A stretch of 64,000 nt of DNA, taken from the NCBI RefSeq assembly GCF_009914755.1, contig NC_060928.1, one strand, 5' to 3'. The notes beneath the pieces were generated by a model. The model was not told where the DNA came from, did not search any database, and was given only the letters and a program-made list of their open reading frames with translations. A program made the translations under genes and the position numbers. Within the stretch, counting starts at the first letter, position 1. Every line of letters begins with the position of its first letter. The DNA comes from the human T2T-CHM13v2.0 reference genome, Homo sapiens. Of the stretch, positions 61,191 through 64,000 are shown piece by piece.

Positions 61191-62379
61191 CTGACACTTC
61201 ATAGATATTTCCTGACTGCTCATGTAGACTATGATGCCCAGGATGAGAAAACATTCAGGGAGTTTGATTTAAACCCTCAAATTATATAATGCCTATGGAA
61301 ACTGTTTTTTTTTTTTTTTCAGAAAAATACTTGAATTTAGCCTTAAAAAATATACACACTCAATTAAATGTCCCCATCATCACATATAAAAATTTCAAAG
61401 CATTAAGAGTTATTTATTTTTTTAAAAAAGTAATTATTCTGGTGAACAATTATCAAAAGACCTGTGAGGTTATTTTGGTATAAATTATTAGAGAAAATAT
61501 TAAAAACTGATTAAGGAAAAACATGTCATGAGAAGATATTGATCGAGTCCAGAAAAGGAATATGAAGAAAGCTGTTAAGCAGCATGTATGCAATTCATTT
61601 TCTCCTTTTACTGTGGAATGAACAAAGAAACAACCTAGTTTATTTGGCAAACAAAGAAACAACCTAGTTTATTTCAAATAGAGTGTGAATTCTTTCAAAT
61701 ATTTGTGCCCAACAATAGACGGAAGAGAAAGAAATGTGTGACAGGTCTCTGGTTGAAAATACATCATACATGTCTGTAAAATTAACGTGTTGAAATAAGA
61801 AAATAAGAAACACACACACGTAGCTTCAACAGTCACGCTGTGAACTCCTTCTGGTTCCATAAAAGTTTCAGATAAAGTATTTTTATACCTTAATGCATAC
61901 CTAATACTATTACAGGGAACTCTATTCCACCATGCAGTACAAAGCAGAAATAAGATTAATTTTATGAAAAAAAAACAAAACACTAATTTTAGTTCTATCA
62001 GTAGCACTACCCCTAATGGTAATACAAGGTTTAATAAATTTCACCTCTCTAAATTAATTTGCTATATTACCTTCTATTGATCTTTTCTAATGCAAATATA
62101 TTGCTGGCAAAATACACTGGAGATTTACTTGATCTCTTTATTGTTGTAGGACATGGCAATTAATTTTTTTATTGAGATTCCAATTAGCTTTCTGCTCTTA
62201 CAATGTTTTACCTAAATCCTTCTTTAAACTTTCCCTAAGGTTACCGGAAAAACATCATCTAAGCATGACTGTATTAAAAGGTAGAAGTAAGGAATGCATT
62301 ACTTATGTTGTGTACAAAATTGAGGTTACTCTAGGTTAAATGAATCTGATTCCTTGAAGAGATAAAGATGCTTTAAATC

Positions 62380-63364
62380 ATGAAGAACTAATCAGAAAAT
62401 TCTAATTGAAAAAGAGGACCACAGTAGTCTATTATAAAAGGGGAGAAAGTGTCAAATTAGCACAACAGAGCAGGGAAATCTGAAAGAAATTTTGCAGACT
62501 GTTGCCATCATGACCCTTGTAAAAGTGTTGTTAAAGAGAGAAAAACAAAGGAAAAAGCCCTAAGGAGGCGGACTTCATGATTAGGACCACCCAAGGAGAG
62601 TCTCTAACAAAAGAAAATTGAGTTCCATAATTGGAGGTGGTCTGCATGTGAAATTTTCAGATGTGCCTGCAGACACTAAGTGCAGAGTCTGAGTATCACC
62701 AAAGGGAAACTGAGAGAAAGGTTAGAGGATGATATTACAAACACCAGAACAGTGAGCTGATAGACAAGAGCTTTCATGTGTAGCTCCATGACCATCCTAG
62801 CTAGTACCAACCATTCAGGTTAAAAATTTAAAACTACATGAAAAAGCTATCCTCTTTCTACTACTGATCTACCTAGCATTTACTGACCCTGAGTAAGAGA
62901 AGGATGAGAGAGTGGCTAGAAAGTAAGATAAAGGTAGAACAATCAGAAAATGTCCCTGGTATGAACAAATAAAACCCTACTACATTCAGTGAAACGGAAT
63001 ATTGCAACCCACTGAGGTCATTAGGCTGGATATGGGAAGAGTCTCAGTTTTTCAAACACCTCAATCTCTTAGCTCACAGGGCTTCAAAGACAGAAGGGAG
63101 AGAAGAGGTGTGGACTATGAAAGACCAAGGGGACTCCTTTTTCACACCTAAATCTCTACCCTGGTGTTCCAAATAACACAAAGTGAGAGACGGAAATTGG
63201 ATTAAATTGTAACTTTGAATTCAGATTTCATTCATTTTATATTTCTAAATATACAAATACTAGGCAAGTGTTGTTTGTAGTGAAAGGCATTAAAGTTTAT
63301 TATTTAAACATTTACTTTTGAAGAGGAAAAAATCTGATAAAATTTAGTTTCTGTGTTGCCAACA
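62380..63364 (+). mobile_element. Probable ancient LTR, family uncertain
   Basis: Purine-rich ~1 kb block with ATTAAA and a ...TGTTGCCAACA terminus. Confidence 0.3.
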
Positions 63365-64000
63365 GCTCTTTAATGATTCCTTTACATCTCTTCTTCTCAT
63401 ATAAGGTATACAGAGGTTGTGGCAATACAAAAACTGTGTACTTTGAACCAGACTGCATATTAATCTTAGATATGATTCAAACATCAAAGAGTATCTTACA
63501 AAAACATTAGTATTTCACAGCAGTCAGGTATTTGCCACCATTGTCACTTAGGAATTAGGTAACACCATATTTCTATATGTGATCAATACATTTAGCTGAT
63601 TTTTTGCATATTTCTAATTCATGCCAGTTTTATTTTAATCTTGAAAATTTTCTGAAGTGCTCAGATTCTTTCTTTTCTAAGTACGAGTAAACAATTTAAT
63701 TTAGCATAGTTTCAGGCTGCCATATAACTCATGTAATATTTGTAGCTCTCTAAAACCGTTAAGCTGAGCTTAGTAATAAAAACATTCATCAGGAAAAAAG
63801 GATCTCACGCAATATTAGTAGTTTATGTGTCCCTGGAAAAGAGACGTTTTAATTTATGTATCTTTTCATTAGACAATATTTGAAGAGGAATTTAAATAGA
63901 AAATGTCATGACCTAGAAGATGACCTAGCTCTTCTTTTTTTCATCATATTTTTGGAAACCATTCCCATAATTCTCATTTCACTTTGGGTAGATATAATAC

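Noticed and set aside
61669-62007. 112-aa minus-strand ORF as a coding exon
   Set aside because: No recognisable homology, start lies in a T-run region, and splice signals are poor.

Overview
AT-rich, CpG-poor, gene-poor primate DNA, most consistent with human or great ape (AluY/S/J, LTR12, THE1/MST, MADE1, Tigger1, L1PA/PB/MA/MB, L2, MIR). I find no credible protein-coding gene, RNA gene, CpG island or CRISPR array. The supplied ORFs are chance ORFs or decayed transposon frames (ERV env, MaLR gag-like ORF, L1 ORF1/ORF2, Tigger1 transposase, Alu). Well over half of the window is interspersed repeat, often nested: a MER4-group ERV1 with an env remnant and only its 3' LTR (~3245-10546), a triple-nested LTR stack with readable target-site duplications (TSDs; 18748-20440), a two-LTR MaLR provirus (20565-22944), a solo LTR12 with six CCAAT boxes (24080-24942) and a near full-length L1MB hosting Tigger1, THE1 and three Alus (51875-60160). 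I do not see a new biological system. The least explained signals are a ~150-bp GC-rich, apparently CpG-decayed insert inside the ERV (7515-7663), a ~177-bp local copy of an LTR33 segment ~3 kb from its source (39165-39340 vs 42121-42298), two twin-priming L1 insertions, and a few candidate non-coding exons and enhancers. Subfamily names come from recalled consensus sequences, not a database search; boundaries without TSDs are approximate.
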